Below are positions 32,807 through 43,086 of a stretch of DNA of 50,178 nucleotides, one piece after another. The stretch comes from Candidatus Saccharibacteria bacterium UBA2112 (GTDB taxonomy: Bacteria; Patescibacteriota; Saccharimonadia; Saccharimonadales; Saccharimonadaceae), in the NCBI GenBank assembly GCA_002331045.1, contig DCYK01000013.1:1-50178 (forward strand), given 5' to 3'. Positions within the stretch are counted from its first letter, which is position 1; each line of letters starts with the position of its first letter. A program made the position numbers and the translations under genes. The notes under the pieces are model-generated. The model searched no databases and was not told the origin of the DNA. It was given only the letters and a program-made list of their open reading frames with translations.

Positions 32807-34588
32807 TTAAGGTGTTTTGTATACCCGGCCCCGTTCGGCTGTCCAATACTGTACACCAGCGTAGTGGTCACTGGGACTCACTATCGTTTCATCTTTGCCA
32901 ATCACATTGGTTGCTTTTGTATGGGCGTAGATAAAGTTTGAGCGGTAGAGTCCGATTGCTGGAACATCAGCCAACCACTGCCGGGCGAAAGTCATATACT
33001 TTGGCACGCGAAGCGCTGGGTCAGAGGTTGAACGAGCGCTCGCCAAAGCGTCGTCGCTGATATCATTCCCATATTCCGAGAAGTTCAGTAATCCTCCTGA
33101 ATGCCAAAAGGCAAAGACATCAGGATCAGCACCAATAACAAGCTCGTCAACTAAAATATCGTAATTACGCGGCTGCAAAATATCACTCGCAAAACTCTTT
33201 GTCGTATCATTGGTATCATATATTTCGGCGTCAAGCTGCACCCCTACCGCAGACCACTGCTTGATCAGAAGCTTGAGTGCGGATTCATACTCAGTGTTTT
33301 GTCGTGTAACAACCCGGAACCTCAATTCTTTCCCTTTTTTCGTACGAATACCATCTTTTAGTTTCCATCCTTCTTTATTTAAGATCTTCGCTGCTTGGGC
33401 AACATTCACTTTCGGAGCTGTAATTTTTTCCGACCCTGCTACCTGCTCTGGAATAAATGGCAGGTCGAGCACTTGCGGCTCACTAAACATCTGCTCCCGA
33501 ATCGCCTCTGTATCTGTTGCATATCTCAGAGCGGTTCGTATCTTTTTATCTTTGAGGATGGGGTTCGATAAGTTAAAGATAGTATACACACCACTATTAA
33601 CTGGGCGCACTACCAGATCATACCTTTTTGAATCAATAGCCCGCGCAAGCTCACCACTAATATCACTTGCCCCCGTCACTTCGCCTGTTCGTAGCGCCTG
33701 TTTAATAGCATCGTTGTCTTTGTATGTATGCAGTTGAAAACGATCCAGGTGCGGACGACCTTTATAGTAACTATTATCGGCATTTAAATACACAATCTTG
33801 CGATCAATTTGGCTACTCACAGTTTGCAGTAGCTGAAATGCGAACGGACCGCTTCCAACAGGATTCGTACTATATGTATTCTCACGCAGCGTTGATGGTT
33901 CTACTGATTCTAAAAGATGCTGTGGCAAAATAGCAAACGTGAGTGCCTGGGGAAAAGCAGCATAGGCTGCAGGAAGTAAAAAACGAACTGTCTGATCATC
34001 AATGTACTCAGCTGCAATACCTTGCCAACTCGGAGCCAAAACCGACCGAGCCGCTGGATCACGCATCGTGTTAACAGTAAATACCACATCTTTTGCAGTC
34101 AGGGGTTCACCATCGTGCCATTTAGCATCTCGACGCAATGTTACAGTGAACTCCTCGTCATCCTTACTTGTTATTGATGTCGCTAAGTCGCCCTTCAAAT
34201 TGCCGGTCGTGTCGTACTTGTAGAGTGATGAAAAAACAAGTTTGACTGCCGAAAGTTCGGCCGGAGTAGTTGCATAGAGTGGATTCAATGTTTCGATCGG
34301 TCCTCGGACCGCTTCGGCATACGTTCCACCCTCAATTGGTGCAGTGGTGACATAGCTCTGCTGAAACCACACCATCTGCAAGCCGACGATACCAATAAGC
34401 GCACCGACTCCTGCTAACCAGCCAATAACATGAAAGCGAATCTCTCGTATTTTATCCCATCGATTAATAATAAAGCGACGAGCATGACGTACGGTCGCAC
34501 CCTCAGCACGGCGCATATGTCGCTTGATCTTTTTTGAACGATGTTTCAGCTCAAGACGACGTTTCCAGTATGGTAGCTTCTCTGTCAT
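32807..34588 (-). CDS. ABC transporter substrate-binding protein, family 5 (peptide/nickel type), membrane anchored
   Basis: 593 aa. A basic N-terminus and a TM anchor precede an SBP_bac_5-like body (KWHDGEPLTAKDVVFT, NPVGSGPF). Confidence 0.85.
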   Translation of the reverse strand: MTEKLPYWKRRLELKHRSKKIKRHMRRAEGATVRHARRFIINRWDKIREIRFHVIGWLAGVGALIGIVGLQMVWFQQSYVTTAPIEGGTYAEAVRGPIETLNPLYATTPAELSAVKLVFSSLYKYDTTGNLKGDLATSITSKDDEEFTVTLRRDAKWHDGEPLTAKDVVFTVNTMRDPAARSVLAPSWQGIAAEYIDDQTVRFLLPAAYAAFPQALTFAILPQHLLESVEPSTLRENTYSTNPVGSGPFAFQLLQTVSSQIDRKIVYLNADNSYYKGRPHLDRFQLHTYKDNDAIKQALRTGEVTGASDISGELARAIDSKRYDLVVRPVNSGVYTIFNLSNPILKDKKIRTALRYATDTEAIREQMFSEPQVLDLPFIPEQVAGSEKITAPKVNVAQAAKILNKEGWKLKDGIRTKKGKELRFRVVTRQNTEYESALKLLIKQWSAVGVQLDAEIYDTNDTTKSFASDILQPRNYDILVDELVIGADPDVFAFWHSGGLLNFSEYGNDISDDALASARSTSDPALRVPKYMTFARQWLADVPAIGLYRSNFIYAHTKATNVIGKDETIVSPSDHYAGVQYWTAERGRVYKTP

Positions 34589-34610
34589 AACAAGCCGTAA
34601 CCCACCAAGG

Positions 34611-34838
34611 CTATGAAGGCAATAAGAGTCCCGCTAAGATTGATAACACAAACACAACGGCAAGCACAATTGTTGCTTCAAAAAGGTTCTTGTCGAGACC
34701 ACGACGGGTAGTATATAGCTCACCCGAACTACCAAACCCAGCACCCAGTGATGCACCTCGCTGCTGTAATAGAATACTAATAACCATTAATACAGCCGAG
34801 CCTATCGTTACCGTCTGCAAAATACTATCAATTGTCAT
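34611..34838 (-). CDS. secG: Preprotein translocase subunit SecG
   Basis: 75 aa with two TM helices flanking the Gly-rich loop LLQQRGASLGAGFGSSGE. Confidence 0.8.
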   Translation of the reverse strand: MTIDSILQTVTIGSAVLMVISILLQQRGASLGAGFGSSGELYTTRRGLDKNLFEATIVLAVVFVLSILAGLLLPS

Positions 34839-35224
34839 GACATCTCCTTCCGACGTACATTCATCTCCACAACACTGCTTACTACATAGTTTATCAAAGC
34901 GAGGATAATTCCCGCGAGTATTGAATTGCCAAAGGACATTTCAAGGCCGGGCGTCAGTTGAAGCGAAATGTAGACCAAGAAACCATTCACAACAAGAACA
35001 AAGAGACCAAGCGTCAACAAGATTGCCGGAAGAGAAAGAATAACGACTATTGGTTTAAGGATGCTGTTGATAATCGAGAAAATAAGTCCAGCTAATAGAA
35101 AAACTCCGATACTGGCATCAACCTGAGCATCACTATACCCTGTTCCGAGCAGACGGACAGCAATCCAAAGCCCAAGTGAATTTAGCGGCCAACGGATCAA
35201 AAAAATCAGAAATTGTCGTTGCAT
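34835..35224 (-). CDS. DUF360 / phage holin family IV-like 4-TM membrane protein
   Basis: 129 aa. The pattern FLIRWPLNSLGLWIAV...LKPIVVILSLPAILLTLGLFVLVVNG is typical of the YvlD/DUF360 family. Confidence 0.7.
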   Translation of the reverse strand: MQRQFLIFLIRWPLNSLGLWIAVRLLGTGYSDAQVDASIGVFLLAGLIFSIINSILKPIVVILSLPAILLTLGLFVLVVNGFLVYISLQLTPGLEMSFGNSILAGIILALINYVVSSVVEMNVRRKEMS

Positions 35225-35248
35225 TACTACTATTTATTCTACCACATG

Positions 35249-36460
35249 TTATAAATCACTAGGCAGTTTGGCACTGAGATTTTTGTGACCTGTTTTAGTA
35301 ATTAAAATATCGTCCTCAATACGCACACCCAGTTTTTCGTCAGGTAAATAAATCCCTGGCTCAACCGTTAGTACCATACCGGGCTGAAAATGCTGTGGCC
35401 GGCCCAATGCCTCGTGGACGTCGATACCCAAACCGTGACTGATGGCATGTGGCATTAATTGTCGATAGCGATCATCATCACCTTCATTCATCAATCGTAA
35501 TTCAACTAGTTTTGCCTTGATGATTGCATCAACCTTCTGTTGGTATTCGCCCACTCCCAGGCCGGGTCGTAGTAAGTGAATGATATCTTTTTGCACAGAC
35601 TGCACTGCAGCGTGAATTTCGTTTAAACGTTTCGTCGGCTTACCAGCAGCCATTGTTCGGGTGATATCGGCAGCATAGTTATGCACTCTCGCACCAATAT
35701 CTAACATTAATGGTGTACCTTTGCGAATTCGCTGTTTCGTAAAATAGTGTACCGTTGCCGTACCCGCACCAGATGATACGATCGGTTCAAACGCATGCCC
35801 GTCAGCACCACCGTAACGAAAGGCGTGTGTTAGATCAGCCTCAATTTGGTATTCATGCTGATATTTTGCCAAATCATTTCGTACATCAGTGATTGCTTTT
35901 GCCGTAAGATCAATGGCAGCTTGCATCCACTCTAGTTCACACGGTTGCTTAATGGCACGAAGTTTGGCGATATCTAACCGAAAGTCACGAACACTCTTAA
36001 ATGTGCGCGTCAGTAACTCTTTCATTTCGCGCGGCGCAGGGTTGAGTGTAAATCCAAAATGATCGTGATGGTCCGGGTAGCCAACCGTATACACAAGCGG
36101 ATGTGCTTTTGCCCTTTGTCGGAGCATCGTCTTTGCGTCATCGCGCGACAAAACATCATCAACGCCACTTCGTTCGATTGCAGCTTCACGCTGCAAGCTT
36201 TCCTCGAACAATCGATGCCGATCATCAATTTCTGGTTCAACCAACCACGATTTTTTTCGCCCCGCATCAATAATCAGCCACCAGTCAGCAAATTCAATAC
36301 CAGATAGCCACCAAAATGTTGCCTCCTGTCGAAAAGGTACCGCTTCATCATTTGTTAATTGCATACCAGTGTAACCAGCAATAACCAATAAGCCACCTTG
36401 AAGCCTACCTGCAACCGAGTTACGATTATGTTCAAAAAAGTCCCTGTTCGGTTTTTTCAT
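35249..36460 (-). CDS. pepP: M24B Xaa-Pro aminopeptidase
   Basis: 403 aa. The metal-ligand blocks are DIGARVHNYAADITRT, HGLGIDVHE and VEPGIY...RIEDD. Confidence 0.85.
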   Translation of the reverse strand: MKKPNRDFFEHNRNSVAGRLQGGLLVIAGYTGMQLTNDEAVPFRQEATFWWLSGIEFADWWLIIDAGRKKSWLVEPEIDDRHRLFEESLQREAAIERSGVDDVLSRDDAKTMLRQRAKAHPLVYTVGYPDHHDHFGFTLNPAPREMKELLTRTFKSVRDFRLDIAKLRAIKQPCELEWMQAAIDLTAKAITDVRNDLAKYQHEYQIEADLTHAFRYGGADGHAFEPIVSSGAGTATVHYFTKQRIRKGTPLMLDIGARVHNYAADITRTMAAGKPTKRLNEIHAAVQSVQKDIIHLLRPGLGVGEYQQKVDAIIKAKLVELRLMNEGDDDRYRQLMPHAISHGLGIDVHEALGRPQHFQPGMVLTVEPGIYLPDEKLGVRIEDDILITKTGHKNLSAKLPSDL

Positions 36461-36490
36461 CTACTCTGTAGTGTATCATGAAAAAACCTA

Positions 36491-37126
36491 CTAATTTCCC
36501 CCTGTCGTCCATGCATGCCAATCAGGATCGCGACGATCGGTGTTCCAGTAGCCCATCGCTGCAGCGTAATCTGGAGTGCCGATCCCAGTCTGGCCAGTGA
36601 GCGAACCGCTGGTGTAGTTGGTGAATTCCTCAAAGTCTGGTTCAACCACAGATGTACCCGGATCATTCGTCGCGTGTGTTCTACAGCTGTCAGACCAGTC
36701 ACCGATCAGATACGAGTCAGTCCCTGTGTACTCCCTTGGATTTGCAGATTTACTACTAACGAATAACTTCGTACCATTTGCTGTAAATGACTGCAAAACA
36801 TATCCTTCATCGTTATCATATCGACAGTAAAATAAATTAATTACAGCTGGACTGCTACTACTAGCTTGAAATGCATCCTGGTTAAACCTAAATCCTATCG
36901 ATTTCATCTCTGATACAGTAGTAGGGTAAGCTCCATTCTGAATTTTATACACTTCCATTTTTTTGGCAAAATTTGCAAGGTCCGACTTTGCTGCAGATTC
37001 ACGAGCGCTTGATGTAACACCATTGTAGGCTACAATGACGATTGCCGCCAGGATACCAATCACCACTACAACAATAAGTAGCTCAACGATAGTGAAGCCG
37101 TTTCGATGGTATGATGCCCTTTTCAT
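36491..37126 (-). CDS. Type IV pilin (prepilin-type N-terminal cleavage/methylation domain)
   Basis: The prepilin leader MKRASYHRNG|FTIVELLIVVVVIGILAAI is present. 211 aa. Confidence 0.85.
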   Translation of the reverse strand: MKRASYHRNGFTIVELLIVVVVIGILAAIVIVAYNGVTSSARESAAKSDLANFAKKMEVYKIQNGAYPTTVSEMKSIGFRFNQDAFQASSSSPAVINLFYCRYDNDEGYVLQSFTANGTKLFVSSKSANPREYTGTDSYLIGDWSDSCRTHATNDPGTSVVEPDFEEFTNYTSGSLTGQTGIGTPDYAAAMGYWNTDRRDPDWHAWTTGGN

Positions 37127-37176
37127 AATAATACTTTCTTTATCCCCACTATATCATGGCCATAGCGCTCTTTTCA

Positions 37177-38727
37177 TTAAAGGTGAGCTCGTAGCATAGT
37201 TGCTTTCGATGCACCAACAGCATCGACCAACTGCTGTTCGGATGCAGACTTAACAGCACGCAAGCTACCAAAAGTACGGATGAGTTTGCGACGCGTCGCC
37301 GGACCAATACCAGGAATCTGTTCGAGATCACTTGCCGTTTGCTTCTGACGCTTCAAGACACTGTGGTAGCTGACTGCAAAGCGATGTGACTCATCACGAA
37401 TACGCTGGAACAGCTTGACGACATCGTTATAAGTACCAGACAGTGAACCGCCGCGCAAGTTTTTGGAATGAGCCGAAGCATTGCGCTGCCCTGGATGCAA
37501 ATTGACAACGTAATACTCGCCTGAACGCATAACATCAACTGAGTCAGTAGGATTCTTGACCAAATTTTCCAACAAAGAAACATCAATGTTCGAATAACGT
37601 CCATGCACAATCAACTCTTCTTCACGTTTAGCGATACTAATGACCGGCACCGTTATCTCACGCTCACGGAGTGCTCGAATCGCTGCGTCCAATTGACCCT
37701 TGCCGCCATCAATTAATAGTAGATCCGGTAAGCCCCATGCTTTGATGTTCTTGTCACTAAACCGACGCGTAATTGTCTCATGCATATTACCCGTATCATT
37801 ATTGCGCTCAATTCTCGTCTTGAACTTTCGGTATTCACTGCGATTGCTCACGCCATTCGTGAACACAACCATACTGGCAACAACGTTCGTACCGCCCATG
37901 TGACTAATATCGTAGCCTTCAATTCTGGCAGGGATTTTAGGCAAATTCAATAATGTTGCCAGATCACTGAGTGCACGATCTTTGCTAATATCCAAAAATT
38001 CACGATCACCAAACATAATCTTTCGCTGCAGCTCTGCGAGATCACGTAAACGATTGCGCAGTCGTGCTGCCGTCTCGAAATCGTGCCGCTTCGCTGCCTG
38101 CTTCATTTCTTTTTCGATTTCTCGGGCCAGAGTCTTGCGGCCACCTTCGAAATAACGGATTAATTTGCGCAGTACTGCTTTGTATTCGTCACTAGTTGTA
38201 CCTGGTGCCGGACTCAGTCCAATATGCGCATCCAAATCCGCCCGTTGATTTAACTTGGGCGGTTTTGTGTAATACGGAAACACGCGACGCAAATAGCGAA
38301 GTGCCTTTTTGATCGCATAACCGTTAAAATAAGGCCCAAAATATTCCGCCCCATCGTCAGCTGGATTGCGCGTAAAGCTGACCGTGGGCCACTCGCTCTT
38401 CATATCGATTCGCACATACATTTGCGACTTGTCGTCGCGAAGCAAAATATTAAACCGCGGCATATAGCGCTTTACCATTTCCGATTCCAGGAACAGCGCA
38501 TCGATTTCAGATTCGGTCACCGTCCAATCAGTATCAACCACCTCTGCGACAAGTGCCCGCGTTTTGACATCCATATCACGCTGTGACTGAAAATATTGCC
38601 GAACACGGTTTTTGAGGACGGCCGCTTTACCAACATACAAAATTTCACCATCGGCAGATTTATGAAAATACACACCTGGGCTAGATGGAAGTGACTGTAA
38701 CTTTTTTTCAAGTTTTCTGTTCATCAA
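37177..38727 (-). CDS. uvrC: Excinuclease ABC subunit C (short form)
   Basis: 516 aa. It has GIY-YIG (GVYFHKSADGEILYVGKA...RV.QY), a UVR domain, the endonuclease domain, and a C-terminal HhH (IPGIGPATRRKL). Confidence 0.9.
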   Translation of the reverse strand: MMNRKLEKKLQSLPSSPGVYFHKSADGEILYVGKAAVLKNRVRQYFQSQRDMDVKTRALVAEVVDTDWTVTESEIDALFLESEMVKRYMPRFNILLRDDKSQMYVRIDMKSEWPTVSFTRNPADDGAEYFGPYFNGYAIKKALRYLRRVFPYYTKPPKLNQRADLDAHIGLSPAPGTTSDEYKAVLRKLIRYFEGGRKTLAREIEKEMKQAAKRHDFETAARLRNRLRDLAELQRKIMFGDREFLDISKDRALSDLATLLNLPKIPARIEGYDISHMGGTNVVASMVVFTNGVSNRSEYRKFKTRIERNNDTGNMHETITRRFSDKNIKAWGLPDLLLIDGGKGQLDAAIRALREREITVPVISIAKREEELIVHGRYSNIDVSLLENLVKNPTDSVDVMRSGEYYVVNLHPGQRNASAHSKNLRGGSLSGTYNDVVKLFQRIRDESHRFAVSYHSVLKRQKQTASDLEQIPGIGPATRRKLIRTFGSLRAVKSASEQQLVDAVGASKATMLRAHL

Positions 38728-38748
38728 TAACCATTATACGCAGATATC

Positions 38749-39480
38749 CTACGCAACAGTAACGCCAAATACGTGGCCGATTCCATATGTAACTGCTGAC
38801 GCAAAAACGACAATCAAGAACTGGCGATTCGCACCATACCACACGCTTTTACCGCTGGATTTTGCCGTGTAACCACCTACAAATAAACTACCGATCGCTG
38901 TAAGCGCTACCGCTAATAAAATACCTTCGATATTGTGCCACCCGATAATCCACGGGACTAATGGGGGAATCGAACCCAACCAGAACAACACAAACGAGGA
39001 GCCAGCTGCAACCCAAGGCGAGCCAAGTTCATCCTCATTGATACCAATGACTTGCGACGAATACATCGACATAAATTCTTTATCGTCTACGCCAACACCC
39101 GCGACCGCTCGCTGGGCGGTTTTCGTGTCAATACCGTGTGCCTCAAGATTTTTTGCTAGATTTTTCTCAAGCAATGGCTTGTCCGCCTTGAGAATCTTAC
39201 GCAAATCATCAAGAACATTCTCAAACAGTTCCACCTGAGCCCTGACTGATATCCACTCACCCGCCGCCATCGAGATTGCACCTGCAAGTGCTCCAGCAAA
39301 CCCTGCAATCAAGACAGAGCGAGCATCGGCACCTGCCGCCGCCACGCCAACAACAATACACAAGATACTAACCAGTCCGTCATTCACGCCAAGCACGGCA
39401 GCACGTGCACTTCCGCGCTGTACTTGGGCAGCTCGTTTTGCCAGCATTGCGCTGGCTGTTTCATGAGATATTTTTACCAT
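38749..39480 (-). CDS. VIT1/CCC1-family iron/manganese transporter
   Basis: 243 aa. It contains GVNDGLVSILCIVVGVAAAG, and MAAGEWISV followed by a cytoplasmic helical insert. Confidence 0.85.
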   Translation of the reverse strand: MVKISHETASAMLAKRAAQVQRGSARAAVLGVNDGLVSILCIVVGVAAAGADARSVLIAGFAGALAGAISMAAGEWISVRAQVELFENVLDDLRKILKADKPLLEKNLAKNLEAHGIDTKTAQRAVAGVGVDDKEFMSMYSSQVIGINEDELGSPWVAAGSSFVLFWLGSIPPLVPWIIGWHNIEGILLAVALTAIGSLFVGGYTAKSSGKSVWYGANRQFLIVVFASAVTYGIGHVFGVTVA

Positions 39481-39531
39481 AGCTATCTATAGTATAGCAT
39501 TTTTTGACATGACTAGCGAATGAGAATCTTC

Positions 39532-40533
39532 TCAGTTTTCGTGATTCATGCGCTCTGTATACATAATATGCAGCACGGCTTCGGCTGCAGTTCGGTTGAG
39601 CCCATAATCCCGCGATAACCATGCCAATACTTCACCAGCGTCCTTTGCCTGCAGGTCCATAGACTTTGACCCAAACACGACCCCGTCAACATCGGCATAC
39701 TCCAGAAACTGCAACGCACTCTTGCCCGTTTGGCGCAGTACAATCGCATGATATTCCTCTTGCGGCATAGCAAGGATGGGCATGCCGTAATCAGCATCCA
39801 TGTTATACGCTGGAAATCCGATTCGCTCCGCCTGCTCAAGCGAACCCTGACGATTTTTTGTTTCACGAACCGTCATACTCCGACCTTCGATGCGCGCTCT
39901 GTTTTCTATCTCTTCGGCTCCGTCTAGGAGATTCTGTCGCATATATCGCAGCTGTCCGATACGCGTCCGTACAATACGCTCGTTACCACTGCTATCAGTT
40001 GCCGCACCATCCGGTCCATCAAAGCCGGGATCCTCTAGAATATCTTGAATGAGCGTCTGGACTTCAGCAATTGTTTCTGGTGACGATATACTTTGCTGAC
40101 GCAAGAGACCCGGCTGCGCAAATTGTCGCTCTATGAGAGATACCACACCTCTTGGACGCTTCGGTACCTCCAGATCATACTGAGTTTTTGCCATGTACAA
40201 CTGCCAAACATCACTCTGCAGATCATTTCCGCGACGAAAATTTAGCCATAACGTTGTCCCATAATCACCCTCGCCATCAAACGCATTTGTAAATTCACCT
40301 TTAGATCCTACTTGAACCCGCGTGATGTTCATGCCCCATGACTGCATGAATTCACTATAGGTGTCGACAAATGCCGAGGTAAATTCGCGCATATCAGGCG
40401 TCTGTCGTGACTCATGGTTTTCGCCAGCCGATATAAAAAAACGGCCAACCGGCCGCCCATTTTCTATTCCATCGTTCACACTTACTATTTCACTCATTTC
40501 AATCATCATACTGCGGCTGGGTAGAGGAATCAA
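39532..40533 (-). CDS. Hypothetical protein (333 aa)
   Basis: A long ORF whose start abuts the NUDIX stop. No motif recognised. The start is uncertain, with alternative Met codons at residues 9, 10 and 13. Confidence 0.5.
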   Translation of the reverse strand: MIPLPSRSMMIEMSEIVSVNDGIENGRPVGRFFISAGENHESRQTPDMREFTSAFVDTYSEFMQSWGMNITRVQVGSKGEFTNAFDGEGDYGTTLWLNFRRGNDLQSDVWQLYMAKTQYDLEVPKRPRGVVSLIERQFAQPGLLRQQSISSPETIAEVQTLIQDILEDPGFDGPDGAATDSSGNERIVRTRIGQLRYMRQNLLDGAEEIENRARIEGRSMTVRETKNRQGSLEQAERIGFPAYNMDADYGMPILAMPQEEYHAIVLRQTGKSALQFLEYADVDGVVFGSKSMDLQAKDAGEVLAWLSRDYGLNRTAAEAVLHIMYTERMNHEN

Positions 40534-41081
40534 GGCTTTTCGAGCGAGAACTGTGTTGCGTCAATTTGGTAATAGTTCGACAGAAGTTGTTCAACAATAA
40601 ATTTATAGATCGCGACGACATCTTCAAAGGCATAACCATCCTCTGCCGCTTGTTTTAATTCCGCGATAGTCAACCAGCGGAGGTCTGTCGATTCACCTTC
40701 GGCTGGATTACCGACAGGTTCACTATCAGCAATAAATGCATAGCCATAATCCGAATGATAGTGATCATCTGATATTTTGTGCGTATTCGATACGACTGAT
40801 ACCGGATGGGTTACCGCTTTTTTCGGCTGAATTTGCAAAGACTTTTCTGTAGGCTGCAATATTTTTAGTTCACTAATGTCATAACCGCTCTCCTCACGCA
40901 TTTCATGCGCCAGTGTTTGCCATGGTGTCTCATCCAATTCTATATGCCCACCAACTTGCATGAGCTTGCCGTGCTTGCGATGCATATGCACCAGTACCTT
41001 CGGCTCACTATCGACAATTCGGATAATCCACGCGCTCACCGTAATATCATGCTGACCCGGTTTGGTATGGATGTGCGGCAT
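40530..41081 (-). CDS. NUDIX hydrolase
   Basis: The Nudix box is GGHIELDETPWQTLAHEMREESGY (G-x5-E-x7-REUxEExGU). Confidence 0.85.
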   Translation of the reverse strand: MPHIHTKPGQHDITVSAWIIRIVDSEPKVLVHMHRKHGKLMQVGGHIELDETPWQTLAHEMREESGYDISELKILQPTEKSLQIQPKKAVTHPVSVVSNTHKISDDHYHSDYGYAFIADSEPVGNPAEGESTDLRWLTIAELKQAAEDGYAFEDVVAIYKFIVEQLLSNYYQIDATQFSLEKP

Positions 41082-41085
41082 ATTT

Positions 41086-42003
41086 TTAGTTTACCATCCC
41101 GTTGAAAATTGCACGAAAGATATTCTCGCCCTCGTGCTCCACTTTATGGTTACTCAATGTCCAATATAGTTTTGCGTTTGGAAGTTTTTGGTATAACTCA
41201 TAGGCAGCTTGCGGTGGACATACCATGTCATAACGACCTTGAACAATATGCACAGGCATTGTTAGTTTATTTACATTATTAAATACATATCTATCTGGCA
41301 AAAAACAATGGTTTGCTAGATAGTGTATTTCTATCCGTATACCTGTATGATCATATGTCTCGTAATCTTCGGTTGACGATCTGTCATCAAACAACATAAC
41401 ACCACCTTCAAGATTCTCGTAGGTATAGCCCGCCCTTTTTTGAATATCCGCATCACCCTCTAGAACTCGCTTGAAGTGATACTTACTGGGATTGTCTCGA
41501 TATTTTTTCGGCGTACTTTCAAGATACTTTTGCCATACATCAGGAAAGTGAGTTTTCATTAAGCCCTGGTCTAGCCAATCAATCTCATTCTTCGACCCAG
41601 TAAAAACCCCGCCAATTACTAATTGCTCGACTCGTTCCGGATGCGCAATCGCAAACAGCAAGGCAAGTGTTGAACCCCATGATGTTCCGTGAACGACAAA
41701 ACGGTTTATTCCCAACTTATCAGCAATTTTGACAATATCCTCCACCAAATCCTGTGATGTGTTGTTACGGAGCGAACCATACGGCGTGCTTTTGCCACAG
41801 CCACGCTGATCGTAAAACACAACCCTATGCGTCGTGGGGTCGAATAAGCGTTTGTGTTTATCTTTGCTCCCGCTGCCTGGTCCGCCGTGTAGGTAAAAAA
41901 TGACAACATTGGCTGACTTATTGCCCCAGTCCTGAACATACAGTTTATGCCCATCACCGACATCAAGCATTAATTCTTGATTTGTAAACTCATCTTTATT
42001 CAT
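41086..42003 (-). CDS. pip: Proline iminopeptidase-type alpha/beta hydrolase
   Basis: Motifs are HGGPGSG and the nucleophile elbow HGTSWGS. Start is taken at MNKDEF (42003) to avoid overlap with the upstream gene. Confidence 0.8.
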   Translation of the reverse strand: MNKDEFTNQELMLDVGDGHKLYVQDWGNKSANVVIFYLHGGPGSGSKDKHKRLFDPTTHRVVFYDQRGCGKSTPYGSLRNNTSQDLVEDIVKIADKLGINRFVVHGTSWGSTLALLFAIAHPERVEQLVIGGVFTGSKNEIDWLDQGLMKTHFPDVWQKYLESTPKKYRDNPSKYHFKRVLEGDADIQKRAGYTYENLEGGVMLFDDRSSTEDYETYDHTGIRIEIHYLANHCFLPDRYVFNNVNKLTMPVHIVQGRYDMVCPPQAAYELYQKLPNAKLYWTLSNHKVEHEGENIFRAIFNGMVN

Positions 42004-42010
42004 AGGGCGA

Positions 42011-42907
42011 CTATACAGCCTCGACTTTTGGTCGACAAGCCTCCGTATGATACAGCAAATCAGGATTTTGCTTACAATCTTCACATATTAATACTAGGTC
42101 GTTGCATTCCGCACGAGCACAATTTTCGAAGTTGCTTGTTTTGCCACCGCAGTGCGTACATTCACCAATTGTTTTGGTGTGGTCGCTAAAATTCACTGTC
42201 ATACGATCATCGAACACCCGCAAACTGCCTTCCCACAATCCGTCATCACCATAACTTTCACCATACTTCACGATACCGCCATCGATCTGATACACATCAG
42301 TAAAACCGCGTTTTTTCATCATGGCGCTGATGACTTCGCAACGAATACCACCCGTGCAATACGTTACTACCTTTTTGTTTTTGATGTCATCATACTTATC
42401 ACTTTCAAGTTCGGCGATAAAATCACGTGAGGTATTTGTGTTCGGCACCACCGCATCCTTAAACTTGCCGATCTTTGCCTCATGTTCGTTCCGACCATCA
42501 AAGAACACGACATCATCACCATATTGTTCAACTAGCTCATGCACTTGGCGCGGTTTAAGATGTTTGCCGCCACCAATGACACCATGCTCGTCTACCTCAA
42601 ATTCATCATCACTATTCTTGAACCCGACCAGCTCACGCCGCACCTTCACGCTCATTCGTGGAAAATTTTCACGACTACCATCAGACCATTTAAATACCGT
42701 GTCTTTGAATCCTGGATATTGTTTGGTTGCTTTGACATACCTCTTCAAATCATCAATATCGCCGCCAACGGTACCGTTCAGACCGTGTTGACTCACCAGT
42801 ATTCGTCCTCGCAATTGCAAACTATCACAAAGCGTTTTTTGCCACAGCTTCACCGCTTCTGGATCACGAATTGGTGTAAATTTATAATATAACAATATTT
42901 TTTGCAT
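42011..42907 (-). CDS. trhO: Rhodanese-domain tRNA uridine(34) hydroxylase (TrhO/YceA, UPF0176)
   Basis: The N-terminus is MQKILLYYKFTPI. The rhodanese active site is YCTGGIRCE, and the C-terminal tail is Cys-rich. Start is at 42907 rather than the ORF-track 43036. Confidence 0.85.
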   Translation of the reverse strand: MQKILLYYKFTPIRDPEAVKLWQKTLCDSLQLRGRILVSQHGLNGTVGGDIDDLKRYVKATKQYPGFKDTVFKWSDGSRENFPRMSVKVRRELVGFKNSDDEFEVDEHGVIGGGKHLKPRQVHELVEQYGDDVVFFDGRNEHEAKIGKFKDAVVPNTNTSRDFIAELESDKYDDIKNKKVVTYCTGGIRCEVISAMMKKRGFTDVYQIDGGIVKYGESYGDDGLWEGSLRVFDDRMTVNFSDHTKTIGECTHCGGKTSNFENCARAECNDLVLICEDCKQNPDLLYHTEACRPKVEAV

Positions 42908-43086
42908 CAGTACTATTGTACAACTATTCACCCCTGTTGTAAAATAAAAGTATGGCGAAATCACCCGAAGGAACAGGGTTTCTCGAACACCTAAAACCCG
43001 ATAAAAAACTACTGCATAATCTTGGCTCATTAGCATTATTGGGTATTGTCATTTACGCTATCGGCAGTAATATAGAGTCATAGCCT

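Noticed and set aside
39481-39531. A short hairpin GCTAT-CTATAGT-ATAGC followed by a T6 run sits between the 333-aa ORF and the VIT1 gene.
   Set aside because: The stem is a weak 5-bp AT-rich pairing. It is oriented on the plus strand, while both neighbouring genes are on the minus strand. It is probably fortuitous.
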